A stretch of DNA of 64,000 nt from positions 1-64,000 of the forward strand of contig CAVWHO010000022.1 of the NCBI GenBank assembly GCA_963754875.1, written 5' to 3'. Below the pieces are notes generated by a model that did no database searches, was not told the DNA's origin, and saw only the letters and a list, made by a program, of their open reading frames with translations. Below are positions 53,544 through 62,830 of this stretch, piece after piece (positions within the stretch are counted from its first letter, which is position 1; every line of letters starts with the position of its first letter). This stretch comes from Nitrospirota bacterium (GTDB lineage: Bacteria > Nitrospirota > UBA9217). Made by a program: the position numbers and the translations under genes.

Positions 53544-55085
53544 TTAGTTATAGTATTCGCTGCCACGGATGTTGCTGTGAGTGATCGCCTGTGATGCGGC
53601 TTTTGGCTCTGGTAACGGTTTTTTGTCTAAATTTGTTTCAAGGATGGACTTGACGCTTCCGAAACTGATGCCCCCGATGGCGAGTGCTCGCTTGCAGGCA
53701 GCCTCGACGCGTTCTTTGCCAAACTTCTTGGAAAGAGTGATGATCCCCATACAGGAACGAAAGCCTTGTTGTGGGTGAAGCTTCTTTGCGAGAATGGCCG
53801 TAACCAGCTCTGCCGTTGATTTGCCGGTTTCCGATGCCCAGCGTATCAGGCGCTCTGGGGTCCAGTCAGCATAGTCCCGATGGGACTTCGGCATGTGCTC
53901 GGCAAGTGTCGTATGTCTTCCCTTGGCATAGGACCGGATATGTGAGGCGATGCGTTTGTTGTGAAAGAAGACTTCTACAATCGATTCCGTTAGCCGTACG
54001 TCCAGGTATTCATTGCGGAGTTGGTAGGGTACGCTGTAATAGTGGTCATTGACTTCGACGTGGTAATCGATGCCGGAACGTTTTTTTATCTTCCATTCTG
54101 CGTAATCGAAGGCCACAGCAGGCAGCGGTTGTAATGCAGGCTTATCGATCTCCAGAAAACGGCTCATACGGCTGCCGGAGAGCTTCTTGAAGGGCCGGTT
54201 ATTGAGTCTATCCAGCAGTTCCCGGATAGCGGCATTGAGTTCTGCGAGGCTGAAGAAGGTACGGTTCCTGAGGGCTGCCAGGATCCAACGCTGCACCAGA
54301 AGGACTCCGGCTTCAACTTTCGCTTTGTCTTTAGGCTTCCTGACGCGGGCAGGAATGACCGCAGCACCGTAATGAACTGCAAGCTCTTGATAGGTGCGAT
54401 TGACGCCTGGCTCATAGCGACAGACCTTGGTGATGCCGGAGAGAAGATTATCAGGGATCAGGATCTCGGGCACACCGTCGATGAACTTAAGGGTCCGGAC
54501 ATGGGAACCGATCCAGTCTGGCAGACCCTGCGTAAACGTTGCTTCGGCATATGTAAAGTTGCTGGCGCCTAGGACGGCGACGAAGATCTGACAGTTGTGT
54601 ACCTCTCCGGTGGATTTGTCGATTACCGAGACTGTTTGGCCACAGTAATCAACAAACAGCTTTTCTCCTGCAAGATGAACCTGTCGCATGGAGATATCGA
54701 GCTTTTTTGCATAGGCGCGATAGAGGTCACAAAAATGTGCGTACTGATATCCTTCAGGATATTGCGCTTTGTACTCGTCCCACAGGAGCATCAGGGTAAC
54801 ACTTTTACGCGCAAGCTCGCGGTGAACATCCTCCCATACAGGGAGCGGACGTGGAGATGTGGAGACAATGACCGGCGGGTAGAGAAGATGCTCGAGGGCG
54901 GTATCGTCCAGGTCTGCCGGCAGGGGCCATGATAGCCCGGCCTGTCTGGCTCGTTTCGTATACTCGTCAACGGTGCTTCTGGCTATTCCACAGCTTTTGG
55001 ATATAGCGCGGCGGTCTAGGCCGCAGGACCATTTGAGGCGTAAAACTTCTTTAATTGTTCGCACGGGTATTCTTTCTCTCGTCAT
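53544..55085 (-). CDS. istA: IS21 transposase IstA
   Basis: HLAGEKLFVDYCG, FVAVLGASNFTY, VPEILIPDN, PKDKAKVE, DYHVEV..HYYSVPY. Confidence 0.96.
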   Translation of the reverse strand: MTRERIPVRTIKEVLRLKWSCGLDRRAISKSCGIARSTVDEYTKRARQAGLSWPLPADLDDTALEHLLYPPVIVSTSPRPLPVWEDVHRELARKSVTLMLLWDEYKAQYPEGYQYAHFCDLYRAYAKKLDISMRQVHLAGEKLFVDYCGQTVSVIDKSTGEVHNCQIFVAVLGASNFTYAEATFTQGLPDWIGSHVRTLKFIDGVPEILIPDNLLSGITKVCRYEPGVNRTYQELAVHYGAAVIPARVRKPKDKAKVEAGVLLVQRWILAALRNRTFFSLAELNAAIRELLDRLNNRPFKKLSGSRMSRFLEIDKPALQPLPAVAFDYAEWKIKKRSGIDYHVEVNDHYYSVPYQLRNEYLDVRLTESIVEVFFHNKRIASHIRSYAKGRHTTLAEHMPKSHRDYADWTPERLIRWASETGKSTAELVTAILAKKLHPQQGFRSCMGIITLSKKFGKERVEAACKRALAIGGISFGSVKSILETNLDKKPLPEPKAASQAITHSNIRGSEYYN

Positions 55086-55582
55086 CCAGCTCTCCTTAGA
55101 AGCGAATTTTAAGGAGCAGGATATACGAATTTGTAGAATTTACCCAGCGTCGTTTAATGCGTTAGAGGGTGCCTGAATTGGAGCGGAACACCGGCCCGAA
55201 TTGCAGTGGAATGGGTGCCTGAATTGGAGCAGAACAGGTGCCTGAATTGCAGTGGAATGGCTGCCTGAATTGGAGCAGAATACTCACTCACAGACACTGA
55301 GTTCCTTGCTTTTACTCATTTCGGCCTACTTTGTAAAACTCTGTCAAGAGGTTGGCGATAATCGGAACTAAGACGATTTCGATAATGGTCTTATCGTAAT
55401 AAATTGAAAATGAGCGCATCGCAGCATTGAGTACCTTTTCCTTCGTCGTAAGGCTATCTAATCCTGATGGCAGGATTGTTACCGCATCTTGCACGAAACA
55501 TCAATCCGATCTTGTATCTCACGACAAAAAGCAGCACAGTGCATTGATTTGTTATGTCTATTTTCCGCTCTCTGCTTGTATC

Positions 55583-55990
55583 TCATGTAAAGCGGCGGGG
55601 AGAGACAGCCAATCTTGTCGGAATATCAATGAGTTGAAAGGGTATTCCGGCTTGTATCTCGCGAAGCAGAAAGACGTTTTCCTGAACTGCATCAAGAGCT
55701 TTGGAGAACATCTCGGCTTTTATCTCGTCAGGCCTCAATTTCATACGCCGCTCTTTTCGCTTCCGACGCCAACTCTTCTGGTAGTCAAGGTGATCCTTTC
55801 TCCACTCCTTGACCACATCGTATCTGCCAAGCCAGTAATCGGGATTCTTTCTGCGAAAGCGCTTGTTGCTCTCACTCTTACTAACTTTTCGACACGTCGC
55901 CGAACACACCTTCTGGCGCAGCCCGACCCTTTTGTCCGGCACGAACATTTTGCCGCAGCACTGACAACGTTTCTCTCTCGCCATCATCAT
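55583..55990 (-). CDS. Basic hypothetical protein with Zn-finger-like Cys motifs
   Basis: RCQCCGKMF...QKVCSATCR; Arg/Lys-rich; GGAGAG RBS. Confidence 0.6.
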   Translation of the reverse strand: MMMAREKRCQCCGKMFVPDKRVGLRQKVCSATCRKVSKSESNKRFRRKNPDYWLGRYDVVKEWRKDHLDYQKSWRRKRKERRMKLRPDEIKAEMFSKALDAVQENVFLLREIQAGIPFQLIDIPTRLAVSPRRFT

Positions 55991-56192
55991 TCGCTCTCCC
56001 CGAGATCTGTGATGGCTTCACTGTATTGATTTTGTCGAAGAATAAAAGGCCCGAAATGAATCTTGAAAAGAAAGGATCAAAGTACAGGAATTAAATCAAG
56101 GATGTCATTGCGGCTGTGGCTCATAAGGGGGAAGCCCTTTCTCAATGTGGCCTTCAAAGGGCAACATACTCAAGGTAAAGGTCATATAAACT

Positions 56193-56861
56193 TCATTGGT
56201 TTTCAACAGAGACTTTTACTTTTCTGTACAAGAAGAACAATAGAATTACCATAAAAAGAGTAAGTAGAAGATGGACCATATTTGCTTGCCGCAACGTTGC
56301 GTCGATCATCTTTCCAATCTGAGTAGAGTTTAAGCCGCCTGCGGCATTCAGAGAACCGGTTGCAATAATCTTATCGACTTGATGTTTATAATATCTACCC
56401 AGAATCAGAGTTGGCACGTAAAACAAAATAGCTAATAGGATAAAGTATATTGGTATCTTCTTGCCGATAAGCTTGTTTTTCTCGTTGTCTAAGCCAGTAA
56501 AGTAAATAAGAATAGACCAGAGAGACGCGGCCAACGAAAATAGCACGAGTATCCTTGTAGCATACTCTGTTAAAACAGTTGGCGCGAGTTCTATTAAGAA
56601 ATAAATCTGTGCCGCTAAAGCGAGAGGCAATAAAACGCCACCAATTATTTTCATTTTAGGGTGTATGTTTCGGATCATCGCGGCCAAAAGAACTCCCATG
56701 GTGCTTAAAAGTAATTTTGATAATAGACTGATTAAGGCCCAAGCCGTGATCGAATAGGCACCTGCAATTTTCAACCATACGACTGAGACCAGACCATATG
56801 ATAGGATACAAAATAAGAAGTAATCCCTGATTTGCCGTTTGAAAGATTCAGAAGTACTCAT
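56193..56861 (-). CDS. Multi-TM candidate immunity protein, cassette E
   Basis: About six hydrophobic segments, AT-rich, directly downstream of the tip. Confidence 0.6.
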   Translation of the reverse strand: MSTSESFKRQIRDYFLFCILSYGLVSVVWLKIAGAYSITAWALISLLSKLLLSTMGVLLAAMIRNIHPKMKIIGGVLLPLALAAQIYFLIELAPTVLTEYATRILVLFSLAASLWSILIYFTGLDNEKNKLIGKKIPIYFILLAILFYVPTLILGRYYKHQVDKIIATGSLNAAGGLNSTQIGKMIDATLRQANMVHLLLTLFMVILLFFLYRKVKVSVENQ

Positions 56862-56874
56862 TTCATTTATCCTA

Positions 56875-57558
56875 TTATCGTGCAGCTTCACACGTCTCAT
56901 AAAATCGTTGGCGCAACATACCGCAATATGCCTCACCAGTCCGAAGACCAGGATCTTCTATGCCAGACGGGACAGTGAAGCAAACAATCGTTAACCCGGT
57001 TCCGATGATACCACCTATGATGGGATTCTGTGTCGCTACGCCAGCTCCGACACCGGCTCCAATGGCAAGTATTACACATGTAGTTGTGGCCATGCGCTGA
57101 GGTCCTTGTCGCATACGAGTCATACAATCATTATACGCCGCATCTGCCTGTGCTTGACATGTATCTGGTTGGCAAGCTCCTGTACCGCCGCTTACCTGCA
57201 ATCCTGAAGAGTCCATGAGATTCACAGGATCGTTTGCGGCATAAAGATAATCGTGAAGTTTGCTTGGAGTCTTTGTAAAATAAGGTGGGACAAAATAGCT
57301 TCGCCCTCGGTAGACAAATGGAAAAGACAATGGATCACTCTCAATGTACCTCCCGATCACCTGGTTATAGTCTCTATTAAGGTTATAGTTCAGTCCTGTC
57401 TCAGCATCATAGTACTGCCCGGGGAATTTGAGGTTGTTCGTGATCGTTGATACAGTGATCGTCGCTTCCCCGAAAGGTTTGTAGTCCGCGGACCATACTA
57501 CGGTCCCTGATGAATCCGTCATCTTTTGTGGCGTCCCTAAATGATCTGTGTGGATCAA
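56875..57558 (-). CDS. Orphan Rhs core-end plus Cys-containing hydrophobic tip, cassette E
   Basis: LIHTDHLGTPQKMTD...YAANDPVNLMDSSGL plus a tip with VILAIGAGVGAGVA...IIGGIIGTGLTIVCF. Confidence 0.85.
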   Translation of the reverse strand: MIHTDHLGTPQKMTDSSGTVVWSADYKPFGEATITVSTITNNLKFPGQYYDAETGLNYNLNRDYNQVIGRYIESDPLSFPFVYRGRSYFVPPYFTKTPSKLHDYLYAANDPVNLMDSSGLQVSGGTGACQPDTCQAQADAAYNDCMTRMRQGPQRMATTTCVILAIGAGVGAGVATQNPIIGGIIGTGLTIVCFTVPSGIEDPGLRTGEAYCGMLRQRFYETCEAAR

Positions 57559-57678
57559 CCTGCCCTGCGCTTCCGGACCATAAGAGAAAAGCCCTGCATC
57601 CATGATGGGTTTCGGGTGTTACGTATACTTACGACACTCTGCGTTTTTTGACACTTTTCCAAGAAATCATAGGTGTAG
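57542..57678. repeat. Rhs-cassette junction repeat, copy E (truncated)
   Basis: Core site plus TTACGACAC...TTTTGACACTTTT...ATCATAGGTGTA, then the XRE remnant. Confidence 0.8.
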
Positions 57679-57832
57679 ATTCTTGGGTTCAGCCAGATAA
57701 AAACTCTCGCGCCGAAGCGTAAGCAGATCGTGCAGATTCTCGATGCGTTCCTGGGAAGTGAGAAGGCGAAGAAGACCGGATGAATAACTACAGTTCCTTC
57801 GGTCGGCCTTCTGCTTGAAACATTATAAAATA

Positions 57833-58318
57833 TCAGCGGCGGCGTTTTTTGCCGTTGGCTTGATTGATTTGTCGGGCACCACGTTCCTTAATGATAATAG
57901 ATAGTCGATAAATAAAAAACACAAAACTTAAGAATGAAAAAAGGATGCAGGTACCCCAGACGGCTCCAATGGTTTTTTGATAAGAATTTCCAGGATTCTT
58001 TGGATCGTAGAGAATGTCTATTGCTTGGCCTTCTTCGTACAAGCTGAACGGGGTTAGTTTTGAAAGTTCGTACTCATTTCCATTGGCGGTATTAAACTTA
58101 ATAATAGGAATATTAAATAAATATGTGTCTCGTCTACTTCCATATCGGCTTTCAGTATTCGATGTTACTGACTGACTTCTAAACCCTTTCACCAGAGCAA
58201 CGGTGGGCACAGCCGCTCTCAGAAATAAAACAGTAGAAATAAAGTGGTAGGCTGCTATGGTTAGAAATAGCAGCGCCAAAATGGTAGATGTTTTAACAGC
58301 AGTTCCTAAGATTCGCAT
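57833..58318 (-). CDS. DUF3592-like membrane protein
   Basis: TM, PIIKFNTANG, YEEGQAIDILYDPKNP, TM. Confidence 0.7.
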   Translation of the reverse strand: MRILGTAVKTSTILALLFLTIAAYHFISTVLFLRAAVPTVALVKGFRSQSVTSNTESRYGSRRDTYLFNIPIIKFNTANGNEYELSKLTPFSLYEEGQAIDILYDPKNPGNSYQKTIGAVWGTCILFSFLSFVFFIYRLSIIIKERGARQINQANGKKRRR

Positions 58319-58384
58319 TAATACCCAACCAACAATTGAGCAGTCCCTTCCACGGCCAAGAGATCGGTTACACCCGTTCAAATT

Positions 58385-58867
58385 CTACCGACCGACTCCA
58401 GACAAGTTATTATTATCGCCGTTCCCCATGCGCTTGATAAGATACTTTTGAAAAAGCCATACTACAGCTAAAAAAACGAAAGCTGCCAAGAACGGTCCCA
58501 TCAAAGCGCTTATTTGCATTCCAAGATCAGGAGCTTTCCAAAAATTCCATAAATGGGAATTTAGCACAAAGAAGATAGCAAGAGCAGGAAGACTATAATA
58601 AAGAGCTTTCTTTCTAAAAACATAAAAAAGAAGATAGCCAGGAATTATCGCCGATATTAACGCTGAGGTTGAATCAAATATAATATTTACAAATATAGTC
58701 AAGATAAATAGCTGTGACTTTAGCGTTGAAACGCTTCGCGAGATAAAATCAAAGCTCCAGATCCACAGAAAATGTTTTACATACCCTAAAGAAAATCGGA
58801 AAATTAGCCCCATACACAATGCATAGCACCAAGACATTAATTTATTTTTGTGGATTGAAGCAATCAT
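58385..58867 (-). CDS. Multi-TM candidate immunity protein of the full-length Rhs
   Basis: Starts 14 nt after the Rhs stop; hydrophobic; paralogue of 46157..46609. Confidence 0.65.
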   Translation of the reverse strand: MIASIHKNKLMSWCYALCMGLIFRFSLGYVKHFLWIWSFDFISRSVSTLKSQLFILTIFVNIIFDSTSALISAIIPGYLLFYVFRKKALYYSLPALAIFFVLNSHLWNFWKAPDLGMQISALMGPFLAAFVFLAVVWLFQKYLIKRMGNGDNNNLSGVGR

Positions 58868-58880
58868 GTTTATCCCCGTT

Positions 58881-61800
58881 TTACCACTCGTAGAAGATCG
58901 TCTTCCATTCACAACATTCACTCTTCGGAGCGGGACCATGACAAGCAGCCGGTTCCAGCGGGCAGTATTTTACACAAACTTGCTTGAAACCCCATGTCGA
59001 GTACGGATCGCCCATATTAAAAAAGATGAGGCCGGCAGCATTGTTAAGCGCTCCTGACGCTCCCGCATTACCAGGATAACTGGATGGCCCCGATCCTGAA
59101 GTCGCGTCGTCTAATCCTTTTAAGTCAATCCGATTCATGGGACTATTCCCCACATAGAGATAATCATGAAGACGGCCAGGAGTCATAACAAAAGTTGAGG
59201 GGACAAAATATGTTGCACGATTGTGGATAAAGGGTAACAATAATGGGTCCGATTCCAGATAACGCCCAATCACCGGATTATAGTCCCTATAGTAGTTGTA
59301 ATTCAGCCCCGTCTCTACATCATAGTACTGCCCAGGGAAGCGGAGATTGTTGGTGATCGTTGACACGGTGACGGTCGCTTCCCCAAAGGGTTTGTAATCC
59401 GCCGCCCACACAACAGCCCCGGTCGAGTCCGTCATCTTCTGGGGTGTACCTAAATGATCTGTGTGGTAATAATAGGTATTGCCATTTGCTATCATCGCCA
59501 TCGGCTGACCATTCAAGTATACATATTCCGTTGTAATAATTCCAGCACTATTTGACTCTGCTATGATCTGGCCGCTCTGACTGTAATGAAAGACCGTCAC
59601 GGTGCCGTTTACATCCTTCTTCACCCGCTGCCCATTGCCGTTATACGTGTAGTACGCCGTGGTCGTGCCATTATTTACCTGGACCAGCCTCTGATTCTGA
59701 TTATATATATACTGGCGGGAGCCTTCTATCGTGGTATTTCCGTCGTTATCAAATCCAAATGATATGTTGTTGGCACTCGTGAGCTTATTTGTATTCGGGG
59801 CATAGGTATAAGTGTTCAATCCTTCTGCCAGCCTGTTGCCGACTCCATCATAGGTCCAGCCGAGGCTGCCCCAAGATCCCATCGCGCTCGTTAAGCGATC
59901 CAATGCGTCGTAGCCAAAGGTTTTGTTTTTCGTGGGATCGAGTATGTCGGTGATGTGCTGGATATTGGCATTTGCGTCATACTGATCGTAGCTGAGATTC
60001 ATGACAGCACCCGTGGCAATGGACGTGATACGATACTGATTGTCATAATTGATGGTGCCGGCGATGCCGTTGCCGTACGTCAGCGATGACATCCCGCCGA
60101 AAGGCTTATAAGTGACATTCGTGGCCAGGTTCGCGGCATTGTTCAGGACGCTTGTTGCGCGGTCGTTCGTGTAGTTATACGTGATTACGCGGCCCGACGG
60201 ATAGGTCATGGTCTTTAGATTGCCGTTTTGATCGTAGGTGTATTGGGTAATGTACTGAACGCTGCTGATGGTTTTGGTCTCTTTCCTGACCTGCCCTTTC
60301 GGCGTGTACTCGTAGCTTGTTACTCCACTCGCATCAGTCATGGAGCAGAGCCTGCCCTTGCCGTTCACGCAGGTATCATATGTGTATGCAGTATCGGTAT
60401 CCGATGGGAAATCGATGGTCGTCAGTCTGTTTAAAGCATCGTAATGATAGGAGATCGTGACGCCCTTGGCATCGGTCTTTGAAGTTAAATTTCCTGCGGG
60501 GTCGTACTGGTAAGTCGTCGTTCCCGTGTCCGGGGATATCACCTGATATACTCTGCCGCGGTCGTCATATTTATAAATGGTGGCATTGTTGTTCGCATCA
60601 GTAACTTTCGTGAGATTGTTTATCGTATTGTATTCATAGGACGTGGTAATCGTACCCGGCTGAACAACCGATGTCAGCCGACTTAATGCATCGTAATTGT
60701 ATGAAGTCGTATTATTTTTAGGGTCTTTGGCCGTATTCCGGTTTCCTAAGGCATCATAGGTATATTGAGTAAACGTCGAATCGGGATTAATTATCTTGGA
60801 AACCCGATCCAGGGCATCATACGAATAGCTTAATGTCTTCTGGAGGCTCCCCGAACTGTCCCTGATCTGCTCCGTCAACTTATTGCCCTCGGAATCGTAG
60901 GTGTAGTTTATCGTGTTGTTCAGGCTGTCGTTTATGGTGATAAGCTTCCCCATCGAGTCGTAAGTATACGAGATCGTGTTTCCTTCGGGAAGCGTGATGT
61001 GATCGATCTTATTCGCCCCGCCGCAGGACTGACATCCGCCTGCTACGTAGAAATACTGCGTCGCGCCAGTATCGCCGGGAGCTTTTATTGTCAGCACCCT
61101 GCCGAGAGTGTCATAGGTATAAGTTGTTGCATTACCGTTGGGGTCCGTTGCCGTCTGAGGATTGCCAAGCTGGTTGAAGTTGGAATACGTCGTCGTGCCC
61201 ACAAGCGGCTGATCTACGCCGTTAAGATTGCCCGTGGCTGGGTCGTAATAGTACGTGGTCACGTCGTTGACGTCGGTCCTGGGGCCGTCGATGGTTGATA
61301 TCTTGCCGCTTGCATTATATGTATAGCTTGTGGTGTAGGAATAGGGCGTTCCATCTCCGAGCAGGCCGGTTTCCGTGGTCGTAAGCAGGTTGCCATTCGT
61401 CTCGTCGTAGGTTTTTGTGGTGACCCTGATGTTGCCGGGATCAACGACGCTCGTTACTGTTTCCGTAGTCACGAGACTGAAGTTAGGTTCGTAGGTGTAG
61501 GTAGTCGTCTTTTCTTGCGGCGTGCCCGCGGCTTCGGTTCTGCTGAGCACGTTGCCCTTGCTGTCGTAACTGTTGATTAAGGTAGTTGAAATCCCCGTTG
61601 TTATGTCAGTATGGATTTCCTGGAGTATCCGGGTGTTGTTGTCCCGGACGTAGGTGGTGACGTTGCCGAAGGTGTCGGTGACCTGTACCGGCATGCCGTT
61701 CGTGTCGAACTGGACGGCGCGGGTCTGGGTATTCAGGAGATTGCCGCTCATGTCTTTGATCAAAGTGGTCATCGTGGTCTGCTGATAAGGGATGATGTAT

Positions 61801-62756
61801 GAGAAGTCGATCTCGCCCGTGCCATGAGTCTGTTTGACGACTTTTCCTGTGGAATCATAGGTGTTGATGTAGGGGCCTTGTCCTTCATCGATGGATGTCA
61901 GGAGATGGTTTCTGGTCGGATCAGTATATCCATAGGCCGAGTTGCCGGCGGGCCCCGCGACTGAGGTGAGGTTGCCGATGCTGTCGTGATTGTAGCTCAC
62001 GGTCCGGCCGGTGCTGTCGGACAGCCCCGTAAGCCTGCCGGTCGAGGTGTCATACTGCAGGTCCACTGACGCTCCGGTGGCGTTGCCCGATGCGTCTCTT
62101 TCTTCGATCCTGCTCAGGTGGTAGTCGTAGGCCACGATGACAGGAGTGTTTTGATCTACATTTGCCGGCAGCAATCCCCAGAGAAAATCTCGTGTAGCGG
62201 CCCGGTAGAAAAAGACGAGCGAGTTCCCTTTAGCATCGGCCATGCTCATGAGCCTGCCCTGGCTGTCGTATTTTTCCGTACCGCCGTACTTGTCGGTGTA
62301 GGTGTAGGTGCCGTCAGCGTTCTGCATAAGCTCGCCCGTGGCTCCTGCGGTGCTGGTGTACAGGCCTGTTACCGAGTTCCAGGTGAAGTGCATTTTGCCT
62401 CCGCACTCCCGCCGCACCGTGGCCGAGTTGTCGGCATAGATGTAGAGCCGCTTGTCGTAGTTTATGGCCCAGCCGTAACCCAGGGGGCTGTCATAAGTTG
62501 TTTTGCTATTGTAGCTCCGCGTGACCCGGATGGAAAAAAGATTTCCAAGGGTAAGGTCCGTGCTCGGGGAAAACGTCTCCATGCCGGATAGCAGGCTTAT
62601 GGGCTTGCCGCCAAAGGCGGGGTTGGTGCCCGCTGTCTTGCCGGATTCGCAAAAGAGGTCGGGCAGGTTGTCCTGATCTGCGATAGAAGCGTAAACAACT
62701 GATGAATACAGAATAAGAAGTGCTACGACTATCGATTTATATGCTTCCCGCAGCAT
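58881..62756 (-). CDS. Full-length Rhs/YD-repeat protein with signal peptide, DUF6531-like domain and Cys-rich C-terminal tip
   Basis: MLREAYKSIVVALLILYSSVVYA; KPISLLSG...TRSYNS...PLGYGW; many YD repeats; YYYHTDHLGTP...NLRFPGQYYD...DLKGL. Confidence 0.95.
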   Translation of the reverse strand: MLREAYKSIVVALLILYSSVVYASIADQDNLPDLFCESGKTAGTNPAFGGKPISLLSGMETFSPSTDLTLGNLFSIRVTRSYNSKTTYDSPLGYGWAINYDKRLYIYADNSATVRRECGGKMHFTWNSVTGLYTSTAGATGELMQNADGTYTYTDKYGGTEKYDSQGRLMSMADAKGNSLVFFYRAATRDFLWGLLPANVDQNTPVIVAYDYHLSRIEERDASGNATGASVDLQYDTSTGRLTGLSDSTGRTVSYNHDSIGNLTSVAGPAGNSAYGYTDPTRNHLLTSIDEGQGPYINTYDSTGKVVKQTHGTGEIDFSYIIPYQQTTMTTLIKDMSGNLLNTQTRAVQFDTNGMPVQVTDTFGNVTTYVRDNNTRILQEIHTDITTGISTTLINSYDSKGNVLSRTEAAGTPQEKTTTYTYEPNFSLVTTETVTSVVDPGNIRVTTKTYDETNGNLLTTTETGLLGDGTPYSYTTSYTYNASGKISTIDGPRTDVNDVTTYYYDPATGNLNGVDQPLVGTTTYSNFNQLGNPQTATDPNGNATTYTYDTLGRVLTIKAPGDTGATQYFYVAGGCQSCGGANKIDHITLPEGNTISYTYDSMGKLITINDSLNNTINYTYDSEGNKLTEQIRDSSGSLQKTLSYSYDALDRVSKIINPDSTFTQYTYDALGNRNTAKDPKNNTTSYNYDALSRLTSVVQPGTITTSYEYNTINNLTKVTDANNNATIYKYDDRGRVYQVISPDTGTTTYQYDPAGNLTSKTDAKGVTISYHYDALNRLTTIDFPSDTDTAYTYDTCVNGKGRLCSMTDASGVTSYEYTPKGQVRKETKTISSVQYITQYTYDQNGNLKTMTYPSGRVITYNYTNDRATSVLNNAANLATNVTYKPFGGMSSLTYGNGIAGTINYDNQYRITSIATGAVMNLSYDQYDANANIQHITDILDPTKNKTFGYDALDRLTSAMGSWGSLGWTYDGVGNRLAEGLNTYTYAPNTNKLTSANNISFGFDNDGNTTIEGSRQYIYNQNQRLVQVNNGTTTAYYTYNGNGQRVKKDVNGTVTVFHYSQSGQIIAESNSAGIITTEYVYLNGQPMAMIANGNTYYYHTDHLGTPQKMTDSTGAVVWAADYKPFGEATVTVSTITNNLRFPGQYYDVETGLNYNYYRDYNPVIGRYLESDPLLLPFIHNRATYFVPSTFVMTPGRLHDYLYVGNSPMNRIDLKGLDDATSGSGPSSYPGNAGASGALNNAAGLIFFNMGDPYSTWGFKQVCVKYCPLEPAACHGPAPKSECCEWKTIFYEW

Positions 62757-62830
62757 TAGAGCCTCCCGTTTTAATTTAACTTTTAAATAATTCAGTTGAG
62801 AATTGCATTTGCATCTTCAATTCACTCGAA

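Larger units (their letters stand above)
52654..55286 (-). mobile_element. IS21-family insertion sequence (2633 bp) with 6-bp target duplication CTCACA
   Basis: Ends TGTGTATTCTG..AATTCAGGCA (52654) and TGAGTATTCTG..AATTCAGGCA (55286, minus); ~23-bp subterminal repeats; CTCACA at 52648-52653 and 55287-55292. Confidence 0.93.

Noticed and set aside
55168..55286. CRISPR-like repeats (TGCCTGAATTG...)
   Set aside because: The ~23-bp period has no unique spacers; these are IS21 subterminal repeats.
55312..55494. 60-aa ORF upstream of the native toprim start
   Set aside because: No motif support; it may be a decayed N-terminal part but this cannot be shown.
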